From Phallusia mammillata (Eukaryota), in the NCBI GenBank assembly GCA_965637545.1, contig OZ281500.1, forward strand, positions 23,560,001-23,624,000: a DNA stretch of 64,000 nucleotides, read 5' to 3'. Under the pieces are notes generated by a model that worked only from the letters and a program-made list of their open reading frames with translations, did no database searches and was not told the origin of the DNA. The translations under genes were made by a program, and so were the position numbers. Positions 12,611 through 26,324 of this stretch are shown piece by piece. How positions within the stretch are numbered: the stretch's first letter is position 1; each line of letters begins with the position of its first letter.

Positions 12611-15600
12611 CCGTAAACCAATCAAAGATTTATCACAAATTTTAGTGTTAACTGTGCAGCAATATAACTACAGCCATTAAAATAGGTCGAAGACTTGAGC
12701 GCCCAATGAGGCTTCATTTAAACGCTGCTATTTCGGACACTGGCGCCGCAATTTCGAGACATTTAATGTTTTGTGAAAGTGGTCAGGCGTTGAAGCAGCA
12801 GGAGTGCCTTGTATCCCGCAAGGTTCAACATTAGGCCCACTAAAGATTAGGTGACAGCGGGAATTGTGGTCGGTCGTCTCGTGGAAGAATAATTACGGCG
12901 CATGAATCCTGCTGGGATGTTTCTTGATTTGTGACTCGTCGTTTTGTTTGGAAAAATATGAACAGAAAAAAGAAATGTTGGAGGTGGACGTGGTTGGTCA
13001 CGTGATAAAAACGTAGCTGTCGTCAGATGCTTGAAAACCACTTTTCTTTGATTGGTAGGCAAATAAAAAAACGGAATGAAACGAGAAATAAACATTTATT
13101 ATGATGATTGTTTTTTGCTTGTTATTGTGCTGACTTCGGTTTAGCTTTCAACAGTGCAAATTAAATTTCCCTGAAACGGTTTCAAATCTGCGATTTATTT
13201 CCTGCAGTGCCAAAACAAGACCAACAAAAAATCTTGCATGTTCTTCAAGCACTAGACATAACAAGATACAACTACTGATGTTTGTTACGTCATACTTCAC
13301 ATAAACAAAGATCTTTATCGCCATTGAAACGACGTTTTAAGAGCTCAAAACCTGTTTAGGCGCTCTTTTATCAACAAACCGAAAGTTATCAAAACGCATC
13401 AGGTGGCACAATAAGTCACGTTTGATGCTTGTTTTCACTTGTTGTCACACCTTTGTGTTGCAAACGCCATTAGGTGCTCATTAACCGATGTGAGGATAAG
13501 CAATCCGCAGTACTAAGCAAGCAAGATATGCCACAAAAACGTACGAAAAACAAAAAGGTTTTGTTCAAAATTTGGCACGATCTTTCTTCGGCCTACACGG
13601 GGAGAAATCAAACTAAAGGAGTTTCTCAATAATTGAAACACTTCGTTCAATTTGACACAGCACTGTAATTAGACAGCTATGTTCTCCACAGAGTCTCAGA
13701 GAAAGGAGAGCCAGGTCCAACCAACGCAACCGCCGACCAATAGTCTCGTGTTTTTGGTTCTTAAGTATTATAAGTGTTTTAGCCTTGAGATCAAAAACCC
13801 AGTCAATCACTCAGACAACGCCTTCGCCCCCCGGTCGAATTCCAATGTCAAGTTTAAGTGCATTCAATACGTCATAATGGGTATGACGTAACTTAAGGTA
13901 CGGCCATTACACATGCCGATGACGCCGAAAGACAAACATGCTCAAATAAGCCTAGAATCACTCAGTAGGAATCAATTGTTTTAATCACAATAGGTGAGAA
14001 AGTTGTATAGCTCAAGGAATTTGGAAAGTTGTGATTCCAAACATGGGATTGGACTTAAATATTTGCTCTAAATAGCTTTCCCTATTTCAATGCGTCGCGG
14101 ACGTTTTAGACAACCATTAATTGAAGGTCATGTGTTCTCAAAGCAGGGATGGGCAAACGCAAGGGGCGGACTGAACAAGCAATGGAAAGGTTCAACGACC
14201 TCAAGCGAGACGCGTGCGACCCCTCACCCTTTGTTGTGTGATGGAAGAGTGCGCGATGAGAGAAGAATTGCAAACAACTTGGGTGGTTTTGAGTGTAGGG
14301 CAACGACAAATGAATATTTTGAATACACACTTTTGTAAACACTCCAAAAAAGTTGTGTGCCATAGAATATTTACCTATTTACAGTTTATGGCACCGTTTT
14401 GATAACAAGAAGATTTTAAAAATGCGAAATAAGAAAACATCACAACTTGCACTCCGTTGGCTCAAGGTACGGTTTCTTGAATACAGTCTTCACTACCCCT
14501 CAAAAGCACCAATACTTCAATTAAACATAATACCATTGATACCACAAAATTATAACTTTTATGCTTATTCTTTTGTATTTGAGAAAAAAACATTGCGCAT
14601 TTTTACTTTAAAAAGCGGTCCTGCCCAAATCTATTGCATCGTAATTGGCCCGCGCCACATGGCAAGAAGAAGTTGAAACAGAAAAATATTGTTAGTAATA
14701 TGAACGACATACTGCTTTAAAGTGTAATAATTTTGAAACATTTACAGCTTTAGGAAAGCAATGCAGACAAACTTACATCAGGCAAATTTCAAACAACAAC
14801 AAACCAATTTGCTTCACAATTTGTCTCTGTTGCATCACAATGAACTATCTAAGATAAAAAGTACGCAAAAGAAAAAGTGTTGTTGTTTACTGATAGTCCA
14901 CGTGCTTGGCTTTGTAGAAGCCGATGTCAACAACAAGTAAGGTGTGCCAGAAGTCAGTGAAGTGGCACTAACCGGGAGAAAACACGCAGACTTCTGAGAC
15001 AAGTCATTCAGTCAACTGAGATCACACAAAATCCACCGCTTAGATCTTGCGGGTTTAAAAGGAACCGGGAGGGGATGAGTAGGAAAGAGGAAAACAAAAA
15101 ATCTCAGGGATTCGTTATCTTGGTCACGTTTCTGGTTGGAAACAGGTAATGACTAACGCTTTTGGGAGAGTATAGTTAGAAACAACGCGTTGCATCTGCA
15201 AGGTAGGGTCGAACAGTCATCTCCAAATTGGTGTAATTTCATCAGCAAAATATCTGACTCAATTTGACATCACGTATTACAGCTTAACCTACAACAAAGT
15301 TACCATTGAACCCCTTTTTATTGAGACTTTTTCCCAACAAAACAGGGATAAAAAAGGTGAAACAAACAACTCAACTTGGTTTACAACAACATAATAATAG
15401 TTAAGAACAGTAAGTAGGGTTTAAAGCCGGTAAAACTACCCATTTTTTGGCTGCAAATAAGTTTTGGCCGAAATAGCGCAGGCAATTTTCTGCTCCGGGG
15501 GTCTCAGCACGCTTCGTAGGTGCATTAAGTTCTCAACATGGGCTATATTTAGACGTTAACTACTAGGATTAGAATCGCCTAGAAACGTGGCTTTAGAACG

Positions 15601-16633
15601 GAGATTTTTCGTGATAAACTCAACTTAATGGAAGGTTTAAGACTCCGTGACATAGAACGGATCTTTTAGGGTAAAAAGCTCCTTGATGTGTTCATGACAC
15701 AAACACACAGTGACGAACTTAAAGGGGAATATTTTTGGTTGATCGTCATAAGTTTGGCCGTAAATTGATAAAACTGACCGCATTTTAAATCTGCAACGAT
15801 AATCTTAGAAGTAAAAATTTCAAAGTGGTTTTAGACTAAAACACATGTAAGTTTTATATTGTGAGTTTTTAGAACCGTCAAATTGTGTGTTCAAGTTTCT
15901 CAGTATCTAGAAAAATGTCGCACTTTTACTACCTACAGCGTGGCATTGAAACTTAACACCAAAAACGTGAGCCACAACATCTGAAATATGCCGCATGGAA
16001 ATGTCACGAAAAAGATGGGAGTGTTCCCGGATAACTCATAGCAAGAAAACGTATTTCCGTGCAGTTAAGTGCTTTAAGATCCACCAAAATGATAAAGCAG
16101 GACAGGGTTGCATAGAAACGCATCGTTCATGTAAGTATTATCGTTCATTTCTCCACGCCAGTCATAAGATGGGACTCACGTAAAATTTGCACTTGGTTCT
16201 ATGTTATGAGGAAAGCTTCAATGGAAACACGTTTTTATCTCGCACTTCTTTACAAACAATGAACTTGATCAAAACATCAGATTACACATTGCGCGTGCAA
16301 GGTGGTCTATGATGTCACCTTTGGTAAACGTCTACTACATATAAAAGACAACTAAAAAGGATAAGACTTTAAGATCATTGTCAGAGTTCGTCTGTTGTAA
16401 ACACTACGTAATTATCAAAACCTGAATCATTGTCTATCATAAAACAAAACCAAGATATTTCATCAAGAATACGACATCGTTTCACATAAACACTATTAAA
16501 GAAAACCAACAACAAATTACTAATTTTTTTTCAATTACTTAAATGCAAAAACGCGTTTGCAAGAAACAAAATAATCAATGCAAACACCTTGGATATATGG
16601 AAATATTTTGCCCAAAAATGTCATCGTCAAATC

Positions 16634-16649
16634 CTTATTCAAATAGAAT
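16634..16649 (-). other. Exact ascidian (Ciona-type) spliced-leader 16-mer
   Basis: Minus strand ATTCTATTTGAATAAG (16/16), followed by GATTTGACGATGAC and an Sm-like ATTTTTGG. No GT donor. Confidence 0.8.
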
Positions 16650-17640
16650 AAATAGTCTTCTTTCAAATTGCACGCGCCACATGATAGCTAAAGGGCAATT
16701 TTTTGGGTTCGTTTTCAGCAAATACCGAAGTCAATTTTTACCTGGTAATTGCGACTGGTTAAAAATATACCAAACAGCTGTGAAAAAGAGTCCGTTTTTT
16801 TTGAAAAAGGTGGTCGCACCTTTTAACTAACCACAACTGACACTTAACTAACCAATTTAAACTTCGCGAGTCGACAGCGCCCATATTAGAAGCGCATAGC
16901 GTGGGACAAGCCTTGATAAGTGCAAGTGTATTAGCTTGATGAAACATGCAATTAAGTCGAGTTTGACGCACGCCCGAGCTCACAGCAGCCGCGGTATGTT
17001 GTGGTTGGTCACGGAATGAGATTACGTGATTTAATGTGAAAGTTGGATAAACTTTTCGGAGCTTATGAAGCTTGTGCGTTTCCTTATAAGAACTTGATTT
17101 TTTGAAATGTGTTTACACAAAACAGCTCATCGAAAACAAGTAGGCCAAAACGCTCATTAGAAAAGCACACGTACGAGTCTGCTCAATTAAGATGTTGGCT
17201 GTAATTAAATCCTTATATCTGAGACCAAATAAAAGTTTTCGAACTTTCAACAAGTTTAGCATCTTGTGACAGGCAGTCCCATAGCGCCCCCAGCGGTTAA
17301 ATGTTTCGGGTTTTCAGAAAAAGTATTCTGTGATTTCCCCTAACATGCAAATTATCTTTTTTCGTTACATGAAACAGGCTTTTTGATCAATAGGGCGTTT
17401 ATGCGCAGATGTCAGGAAAATTATTGCTTTTGACCAGACAGATCGAAGTTACAATCTTCAAAATATGATTCCACAATCATAAACATATCTACGATCAATT
17501 TCCGTACAATTTCCGATGTGCCACAGCCCCTGAAAACCACGTCCGTGAGAGAAACGATAGGTTCCGATCATAACGCCTGATATCCAATACAATGACGGTA
17601 TGTTTACGCCGCGTGGTGGTCATAATAACGTTGTTTTGTT

Positions 17641-17676
17641 TACAAAGAAGCACTTACAAAGAAGCACTTACAAAGA
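17641..17676. repeat. 14-nt tandem repeat (TACAAAGAAGCACT, about 2.5 copies)
   Basis: Read directly. Confidence 0.85.
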
Positions 17677-18919
17677 CCCAGATAGAATCTCACAATTTCA
17701 ACGCCCGTTATAGTTAGTACGACTTAAACAGAATGCTTTATGTAAACCTAATGGTGTCATGAATCTGGATTAAGATGGCTCAAAGATTTGGACATTTTTG
17801 CCGGCTTAACTTGTCAAACTAGATTGACATTGTTTTTGTGACCCCGTTGATAAGAAGTTTGGGTTCAAACAGTTAAAGCATTTGGAAAACAGTGTTCTTG
17901 TGATAAGATGATATCAGGTTCATGAGATATGAAGAAATCACTTTGAAGTATGATAGACTCGCAACATAAACACATGAGCATCTGCCGCCACACAGTGCTC
18001 TGAAAACAGGTTGCATAACATTCGATTAAAAAGCATTATAGCGTACTGCGTGAAAACTAATTAGTCGACTTTGCAATTCGACCATAAGTTTTTTTTAAAA
18101 CAATACATTTGATCACATAAATATTACACTTCAGACAAGGTGTATCTTTATGGGGTCCGAACCCTAAACTTAGGAAGAACATAACATCAACCAAAGTGCA
18201 GATTTGAAGACCCGAAATAAATACAACTATTTGGCAAAGCAATGCCTTCGTGGGATTCGAACCTTCGACCTACAACTAACTAACACAACCATACCTTACA
18301 AGCAAACCACCTATATTTGAGGAATTACACAGTTAAATAGTTCATATTATTTGTCAAAACCTCAATTAAACCTCGATGGTAGTCCTTTAGCAATCATTAC
18401 CACACCTTCCAAATTATGACCCAGATTTAGCCACAATTAAGTCGCAATGACGACAACTCGTGAAAGATATGAGCGCATGGTCTGGGAATGGACACACTTA
18501 AAACCTTATATGTCTCAGATAAATTTGGTACATTTTTCTGTTAAAGTTATTAGGCCGTAATTTATTAATAGTAGAACAAGTTTAGAGCAATTATATCACA
18601 CAGGCAAAAATGGAACAGCGAAAAACTTATGAAAACAACGCCTGGATTGGTTGAACACACTTGTTTCAAAGAAGTGTTTTTATGTTTGTTTAAAGTAACC
18701 ATTCAACTGTTAAAAACGCAAAACGTTTGCTTCCCAACAAACAACAATTTGGCACAAAGTCTGTTTTCCACAATGGTCTGAAACAGCCTTGACAGTTGTG
18801 GTTTTGAACAATCAATTGTTTACTAATTATGCAAATATTGCACACAGAGCGGACAGTTTGCAAAACAAAAAGCTTGCCCAAGAGTTTAGTAATCTCCCCC
18901 TTCTCGAGATTTCCACAGC

Positions 18920-19100
18920 AAAGACCACGTGACCAAAAAGCAAGCGGGGAAATCCCTTTACGTCACGGTCCCACCAGCTAGCCGATTGAGAGTTTGCAGA
19001 GATTGAATGGAAACCGGAAGGTCAAAACCGAGCAGCTGTTCACCGAGGCTATTTTGGCGGGACACTGAATGCGACACGTGACTGCCACGTGACCGACAAA
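18920..19100. promoter_or_regulatory. Promoter-like cluster: three CACGTGAC E-boxes plus an E2F-like site
   Basis: CACGTG at 18926, 19075 and 19086, each followed by AC; TTTTGGCGGGA near 19052; CCGGAAG at about 19007. Confidence 0.5.
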
Positions 19101-19265
19101 ATGTGACCCTGTTTACGCGCAAATTTGACGTAATTTTATGTACGCGGGTATTTTGATGCATAAATGAAGCCATTTAAGGTCAACGAAATCTGTGTGGCTT
19201 AGGGGGAAATCAAATGTTTTAAAAATCGTCAAACACCCAGTTTCAAGCTCAATTGATAACCTGCC

Positions 19266-19298
19266 CTGATGATGACAACAGCTATTGGTTAAAACGTC
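19266..19298 (+). ncRNA. Degenerate minimal hammerhead motif (family C)
   Basis: CTGATGA-T-GACAA-cagcta-TTGGTT-AAAAC-GTC: G12 changed to A, stem II imperfect; TGC/GCA stem-I remnant; AATAAA downstream. Confidence 0.55.
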
Positions 19299-19667
19299 TG
19301 CAAGATGTATTCAAAATAAACAAGTATTCAAAAACCATAAATATCGTAGATTCTCTATCGACAGTTTTGGGCCTAAAACATACTTACACATTTCTTAGCC
19401 TTTTTTACGCTGGAAAAATATTGTTGTGCACACACATGCGGCCAAGTGCACAGAACATACAAAAGTATGAGGGACAGACAAATAGAACACTAACAAATTA
19501 ACACAGGAAGATGGCAGTCAATCCTACAGTGCTAAAACACTATTGTATTGAGTGAAAAAACGCCGGTACAATATTACTGAGTTTAAATATAACTATACTG
19601 TATCGGTATCTAGCGTGACGATGTTTAAATTAACTTCAGTTTTAATTTAACGCCTTATTGTTTCCAG

Positions 19668-19764
19668 AAGTTAAACCAGAAGGAAGAAGTTCATCAATTA
19701 TGGTTGATTTTCTACCTTGGAGGAAAAGACAACAGCTCAACACAGGAAGGCAGTGATGCAAAAG
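19668..19764 (+). CDS. Candidate coding exon (KLNQKEEVHQLWLIFYLGGKDNSSTQEGSDAK)
   Basis: Acceptor ccttattgtttccag, donor AAAG|gtattt, phase 0 to 1, open frame. Confidence 0.45.
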
Positions 19765-20230
19765 GTATTTACAAACCGACAACAACTTAACGTGACAAGA
19801 AGCAAACTTCTTCATCCTGTCCCATGAAGTCACCAACATATCTAACATGATCAACAATATATGTAAGAGTTACTGGACGCAGTTTCGCAGCTGATTGGGT
19901 GATGTAAGTCACGTGGTGCTTACAAGGTGTTGACGGTTTTAAAACCAGGTGGTATGTCAGGATTTTAACGATGTACAAAAGGACATTTTTTTTGTAAAAT
20001 TACAAATTGTTTTTGACAGTCCGAATTTTAGAAACGTACACAAAAGCGAAGTGTTTGACTTCATAAAAATTTGTTGTCGCAAATGGCTACTATTTTTTTT
20101 TCACGGGACGAAACTTTTACACCAGCAAGGTTACAATTTTGAACCGTTAGTAACACTCAATGAGTTTTGCATAACGCTCCAAATAAAACTCGTCGTATGT
20201 TGTATATAGTTGACGCAACAAACAATAAAT

Positions 20231-20246
20231 ATTCTATTTGAATAAG
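20231..20246 (+). other. Exact ascidian (Ciona-type) spliced-leader 16-mer
   Basis: ATTCTATTTGAATAAG (16/16) followed by GAACTGCATGTGTCATTT. No GT donor. Confidence 0.8.
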
Positions 20247-20504
20247 GAACTGCATGTGTCATTTAAGCGAAATAGAAATTCCTTTACCAAAATAAGACTG
20301 ATCCTCCTTAACCAAGGATTTTTTCGTCACTTGTTACTAGACGCAACATTTGAATGCCAACAAATGCGCAATGATTGTTGCACAACACTCTTACAAACCG
20401 TGAACAGCCGTATATCGTATTTAATTGACGCAAGGTTTGGAATGGCATGTGACGTAGATACGCGTGACAGGATGGTCTAAACTTTGCTCTCTAATCGGGT
20501 TAAG

Positions 20505-20710
20505 AGCGCTACAGTGGCGGATTAAGCGAGTCTGACGATGCCGAGATAACTAAGAGATGCGTCATAGAAATCACGAAAACGCAGCTCGGCTCGGGATCAC
20601 CACGCAAGTTACGTTTTCCCGGTGAAACCAACGTAGGCGTGTTGAAGGTGTTTATACCACGCGGCAATTCTCAATCAAACATAGTCAAAGATCCGGCTGA
20701 TAAGACTTAA
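20505..20710 (+). CDS. Candidate terminal exon (RYSGGLSESDDAEITKRCVIEITKTQLGSGSPRKLRFPGETNVGVLKVFIPRGNSQSNIVKDPADKT*)
   Basis: 67 open codons to TAA at 20708-10; AATAAA at 20752; phase-1 start matches the 19764 donor, but the acceptor (ttaag) is weak. Confidence 0.4.
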
Positions 20711-21687
20711 GAGGAACTATGTTGCATGACCTGTTCTAGCGCCCCAAGCTTAATAAAGCACAGTTGTTTTACATGAATGTTAAATAACCTTGTGTTGCCA
20801 ATCAGTTCGTATTTGACTCATAGTTGAATTACGTTTACGGGTGACTTAAAAAACTCGTTAATTTACCTAATAGATGTTAAACCAAGAATTGAGATATTTC
20901 TCAAAAGATAAAAAATCAGTTTCCTGATTTGGTCCGTACTGTTTTGCAAGGCCATTTACGCACGCTAGTACTATAATGTTGACCAGGTCAATAAGTAGCA
21001 ACTTTTCTAGAATAGTTTTCTGCAACAGTTTTGCCAAAATTAAAAAGTAAAATTGTATCTCATATAAGTGACCAAGGAGTAAACGAGGCAAAAAAGATTG
21101 ATAGTTCTGGTTTATCACAATTCTCACAAGTGCAATGTTTATAAAGTGATGGATGAATCTAGCAGGCCTTTCTCAATCAGACACGTCGAAAAGATTGTGC
21201 AGATAAGGTTGAAACGCCTACGCCGTCTGAGCAAACGTTGCACACCGGTCTACTGCGGTTCCACGTACAGGGAAGAGCCCGAACTCAGACGTATACGTCA
21301 CCTAGCACGTGACCTTTGCATTTTGGCGCGCTGTTGCGTAAAATATCTGGCCAGCGAGGTGATGATTTCATTGTTAACGTGACACGCGTTGGTTTAGAAG
21401 TTTGAGTAAGAAAATGGTATGCCAAAAATTGAAACAGTCACAAGTAAAAATAAGGAAAAAGAACAGTTTTTTTACAGCTGGAAAATTTATCAGTATTGCC
21501 TACACCCCTACCAAACGTGCAACTTTCATTCCAGTACCCAAACTTGGAAAACAAACCTAAAAGACAACCCATCCAGCTTTGTTAATCCTTACCTAATTTC
21601 TATATTGATTATTCTGACTAACATGGTGACAACATACACCTAAAAATCATTTTCCAAAACCATCTAACATTACCAGAGCGAACTTAC

Positions 21688-22299
21688 GAAGATCTGATTG
21701 GTTTTCCATTAGTTTCCGCATAAAAACATCCCACGAAAATCGAATCGAGTCTCCCCACATAGTGATAGGGGAGCGGTGATGATCACCACCAAGGAGGACA
21801 GCGCTCTGAACCAGACGTCTTCTCTTCTTCTGTGATCCCTTTCTCTTCTTCTTAAACTCCGCACCCTCCGGAGGAGAGAAGAGCGGATTGAGGTCCTCCA
21901 CTGATGGAAGCATCTGAGTCCTGCCTCCGTGTAATCCTTTAAGATTCATTTCACTTGCACTATACGCAAGCTCTTTATATTTTTCATCCCAAATCGAGTC
22001 TTCTGTGACCCGAGAAACATCGCAAGACATTGGACGTCGAACTGGTCTCGGTTTTGCGAGGTTTGTACGAAGTTGGACAGGTTTTGTTGGAGAGAAGACA
22101 TCACTGGATGAATTGGAGATCCCACGTCTATTTGCCAACTCTCCTGCTCCGAAGAAGATGTTGCTTGAGCTGTCCTTGCGAGGAAGACGGAATGATGCAG
22201 GACGCGGGGGTTTAGAAGTCCGGCGTTTGTGAGTCGGTGACTGGCTGACACTTCTGTTTAACGTGGGCCGAGACATGCTTAAATTGGGCTCCACTTGAT
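21688..22299 (-). CDS. Exon of the large minus-strand gene; Ser/Pro/Arg-rich with a basic NLS-like cluster (KKKRKGSQKKRRRL)
   Basis: 226-aa ORF 21647-22327 with coding-like composition. Acceptor ttcatcgtcag (22300) and donor C|gtaagt (21687) give a 612-nt phase 1-1 exon. Alternatively it starts at ATG 22327 or ends at stop 21647. Confidence 0.85.
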
Positions 22300-23942
22300 C
22301 TGACGATGAAGTACTGGGTAACTTCATTCAACAAGTTTTAAGTAAATGTCAGTTCAACTAAGATTGCACGTTTTTGTAAACTTTCCAATTAACGGTCCAC
22401 AGTTGTTTAGAGAAGACAGTTTCAGGTCACATAGCATGTGTTCAGGTAAGAATTCCTAACAGTTACACAAAATTCGAACTGATTCCTTGCACTTGTCAGC
22501 TGTAAGTTGTTGTAAGTGAGTTAGTGCCAAATAATATTCTTTCTGTAGAGAATTGCCTTCTGGTCGTACATTATATATAGCTGTCAGCTACTTCTAGCTC
22601 TAAATTTCTCTTTGTAAAGACCCACAGTAATTTTACTCTGGATATCAAAGAAAACGATGTTATTTCAAGGCTGCCACGTCGTTAAAAACGAGCTTGCAAT
22701 GCTAATTTATAACCCAAAAGAAACAAATGCGCGTTCTAAACTTCACATGCCTGCAGCAAAAAGCCTTAAGACAGTAAGCAATTGTAACCTTTTATATAGT
22801 CTGCGTGCAGCAAATACCACGAGCACTAAGCCATAGGTATGTGCGGTGCGAGACAATGCTATCATCTCCTTTATATATTGAACTAATAAGCAATTAGCCA
22901 CGTGCCAGGCGTGATTGCAACACTGACAATTTCCCCAGGGACGTCTCTCTACTCTCTAGTAACTGTGAAACTATAAAATATGGGTAGAGAGATTTGGTTT
23001 AACAGTGACTTTTGCTATACGCTCCTGTCGAGATTGTATCAAAACCCATATCAACACAAAGAAAAGTTTCGGTGTTAAGCACCAATTTTACCCTAATGTA
23101 CCAACAAACAACATACAAATTCATGATAAGTTGAAATGTAGAAATACTGATGTTGGTTAAACATTACAAGTGCAGTGTTATGTGAAAGAATTTATTGGCA
23201 GAAAAGATTCGTTCATTTACAAACGATTTCATACTTATTTGCTTTTTACAGCCCTTAGTGAGGTAACAAATACGCTTGTCAAGGGTTCAGATAAAAGGTT
23301 TTCGCAACGTGTATAGCTATCATAAGGTTGGCACGTCACATGACGTTACGTAATATATGGAAAGTGGAAAATATTTCCAAACAACCTTTGTGTGATTGAC
23401 AATAATTTCTACACAGTAACTACAAGTTTTTAGAAGGAAAACGCACTTCTTTACTAAAATTCTAATAGAATAAGATCTTACATAGACTGACGATGCTTAT
23501 TCATGTAAAATATACATCTTCATTTGAAACTTTTTTCAATTATTGCCTTTTGTTATTACTTTATGACCAGTTAATATGGCCTTATTAAATTATGGGTTGC
23601 GTTAAGTGGAGTAATGCGTGATACAACCAAGCACATTAAGTACTAACTTCAAAAACAAACAATTGAATATTTCAAGACCCAAGAACGTCAATCCAAAAAT
23701 AGCCACCCTTTAGCCCTTGTTGTGTTATTGTGCAACGTGTAAGCTTGGGGTAGTGCAAACTACTGGCAAACGTACACAAGCTAGCTAAGCAGCCTGGCAT
23801 AGTCACAACAGCATAAGGATGCAATGGCGTCTATCCTCAATTCATTCCTGTGCATATCACCAAACGACACGTTTCCTCTGCCTATAACGCGCGGAAATTA
23901 TAAATCAAGCAAGCGCCCGATGACGTTAGGCGTAACATAATA

Positions 23943-24116
23943 TGACCGACCACAACAAAATGATGACTGTAATTAAAGCAAACCTAAGATATGTCGAAAT
24001 TTAACGCAAACAAAGTTTAACATTGAATTTGACCGACCACAACAAAATGATGACTGTAATTAAAGCAAACCCAAGATATGTCGAAATTTTAACCAAACAA
24101 AGTTTAACATTGGATT
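23943..24116. repeat. Tandem duplication, 87-nt period, two copies
   Basis: TGACCGACCACAACAAAATGATGACTG... begins at 23943 and again at 24030. Confidence 0.92.
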
Positions 24117-24401
24117 TTTTCAGGCATTATCATGTTAAAGTAAACTTAAACTCAGTCAAAAGTGCGAAAAACTAGGACGAATCTATGATGGACTACGATT
24201 AGGAGTTGATCGTTAAAATTTTTTAATAAACGACCTACATTAAAACGGAGCAAAACACAAAATTGGATTCTTTAGGCAAATCTTTCTAATCAGTTTAAAA
24301 TTTTGAAGTGATTTTTACCAGTATAGTCGAAAATTAGTAAAAGATAACTAGAAGTTAATGTCACTGAAAACTTTGAAATTTAAACCGTACAAAATTTAAT
24401 T

Positions 24402-24497
24402 TGGATGATAAGCTGCAATTGGATGCTTATGCAATTTTGGATGTGATGCTTATGCAACTTTTATTTTACATTAATTTGGATGCTTATGCAACTTTTA
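24402..24497. repeat. Degenerate short tandem repeat (GGATGCTTATGCAA, 3-4 copies)
   Basis: Read directly. Confidence 0.75.
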
Positions 24498-26324
24498 TAT
24501 CGTGGTAAATGGCAATAACAAAAGCGAATTTTAGTAGCACATAAGACGTTTGCTTTCTAAAAGGTTGTTTAAATTTTATCATCGGTTATCTGGTTCTTGG
24601 CAAAGATGTCCATGACCAAGTATTCAATCATGTCACGCAAAACGCAGTGGACACACGAAGTTTGCAAAGTTGCTCTCGGTCACTACTGGGTGACCGCTGC
24701 AACAGAGTTCAAGCTACTGCTGTCAGTTGTGGTAGGTTATTTTTAAGTCGCGACAACTTTCATGAATGGTATATCACGACGAAAAGGTTTGCGCTTAGTC
24801 GACCTCGTCTGTAACGTCACAAAGAGCAACAACACAAACATGATGACAACACAATGGTTTGAGAACAACAAACATTGTTGTCATTGTTTTTTTAGAACAG
24901 CGAAACTGTTTATGTCCTGCTCTGCACGTAGTCACGCCTTTTGAGTGGATATTAGATCAACGACGCATGTTATATGGACTGGTCTATTGGGATGATCGGT
25001 TCTTAATGAGGAAACATACCAAAGCTAAGCGATGACGATGGTGGAAAATATAGACCAGATTCTATAAATTTTGAAAACCACGTGGTTGAACCGGCGTATT
25101 ACCACTTTAGCAAGAAATAAGCTTCGACTATTTTTTACGGATGAAAAGCACTGACTTAAAAGAGTAGCGTAATTAACAGCAAAATTGGTACTTGCAGCGA
25201 TGCGTAGTTCAATCACCTGAGGGATCACCACTGTTGCAAAAAACACTAGGATATTACAACGTTTGAATAAGAAAATGGCCACGTTTTAAGGCCGAATTAC
25301 TTTTCGTAAGTAATTTTAGTTTTGTTATGAAAGCTACTTTGTTCAAAACACTAAAAACTAAAACATTGATACACGAAACTTTTCACGCAACCTGGTATCC
25401 TTGGCACCATAAATGACCACGTTTAAAGTCACTTCTTTGATAGCTTTGTCTCTTTTTGAAACTACCTTGTTCAAAAACTAACATATTCCTTCACGCAACA
25501 TCGTATCCTATATAGACACTGTAAACACTTCAAATAGGCAATAGAACCCTAGAAATCACCTTGTTAAAATATAAAACATACTTACACTAAACACAAGATG
25601 AAATAAGTTATGCAAAAACATGCCAGACCTTTTAACACACAAACACACTGAAACACCACATGACTGCAAGCTCCTAACTCACTTGGCTTCGTTCCAGCAC
25701 CTTGCCTCCTAAACAGGCACTAGTCTGCCCAATAAGTTACAATACTGCAGAACAAGTATAATTCAGAAGCACAAAAATTAAGCAAGCCTACAGATCCTTC
25801 CTTACAGCCGTGCACTCATAACTTGTATAATACGGCCTTATACTGTCAAAGCATGTACAGTGTATAGACCAGTATATAGAGCATAGTAACAGACATGCAC
25901 TATAGTAGGGAAGCCTGGTCTGCTGCTGAGCACTGCAGAGGATGTAACCCTGCCCGTATGCGTGCAGTGACGAAACAGTTTCCGTTATTGCAACAAAGGA
26001 AAGGGGGGGATCTCACTCTTACACACAGGCACGGCACCGCGTTGTTGTCGTTTGTGATAAAACAATGAAAGCCCCATATGATATGGAAGAGTAATTGACC
26101 CTGTACGCACGTGATAATAACGTGGCGTCAAACTGGTTGGATTTGGAAGTAAGACGAAGTAAAGAAGAAAAAAAGTAACTATTGGAAAATTTATCCTTGG
26201 GATTGCGAAGCAATTATTTCAAAGAAGTTGTCGAAATGTGTGAGCAGAATTTTGAAATTCAGAAGCGGAATAAAAACCTACAAATTCTAAAGTATGTGTT
26301 TGAACGTGTTCAAGGTGTCATAAC

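Noticed and set aside
18390-18480. QSLPHLPNYDPDLATIKSQ*RQLVK resembles the Tc1/IS630 'LPPYSPDLNPIE..W' motif
   Set aside because: Only about 25 aa, key residues are missing, and no upstream DD region or TIRs were found.
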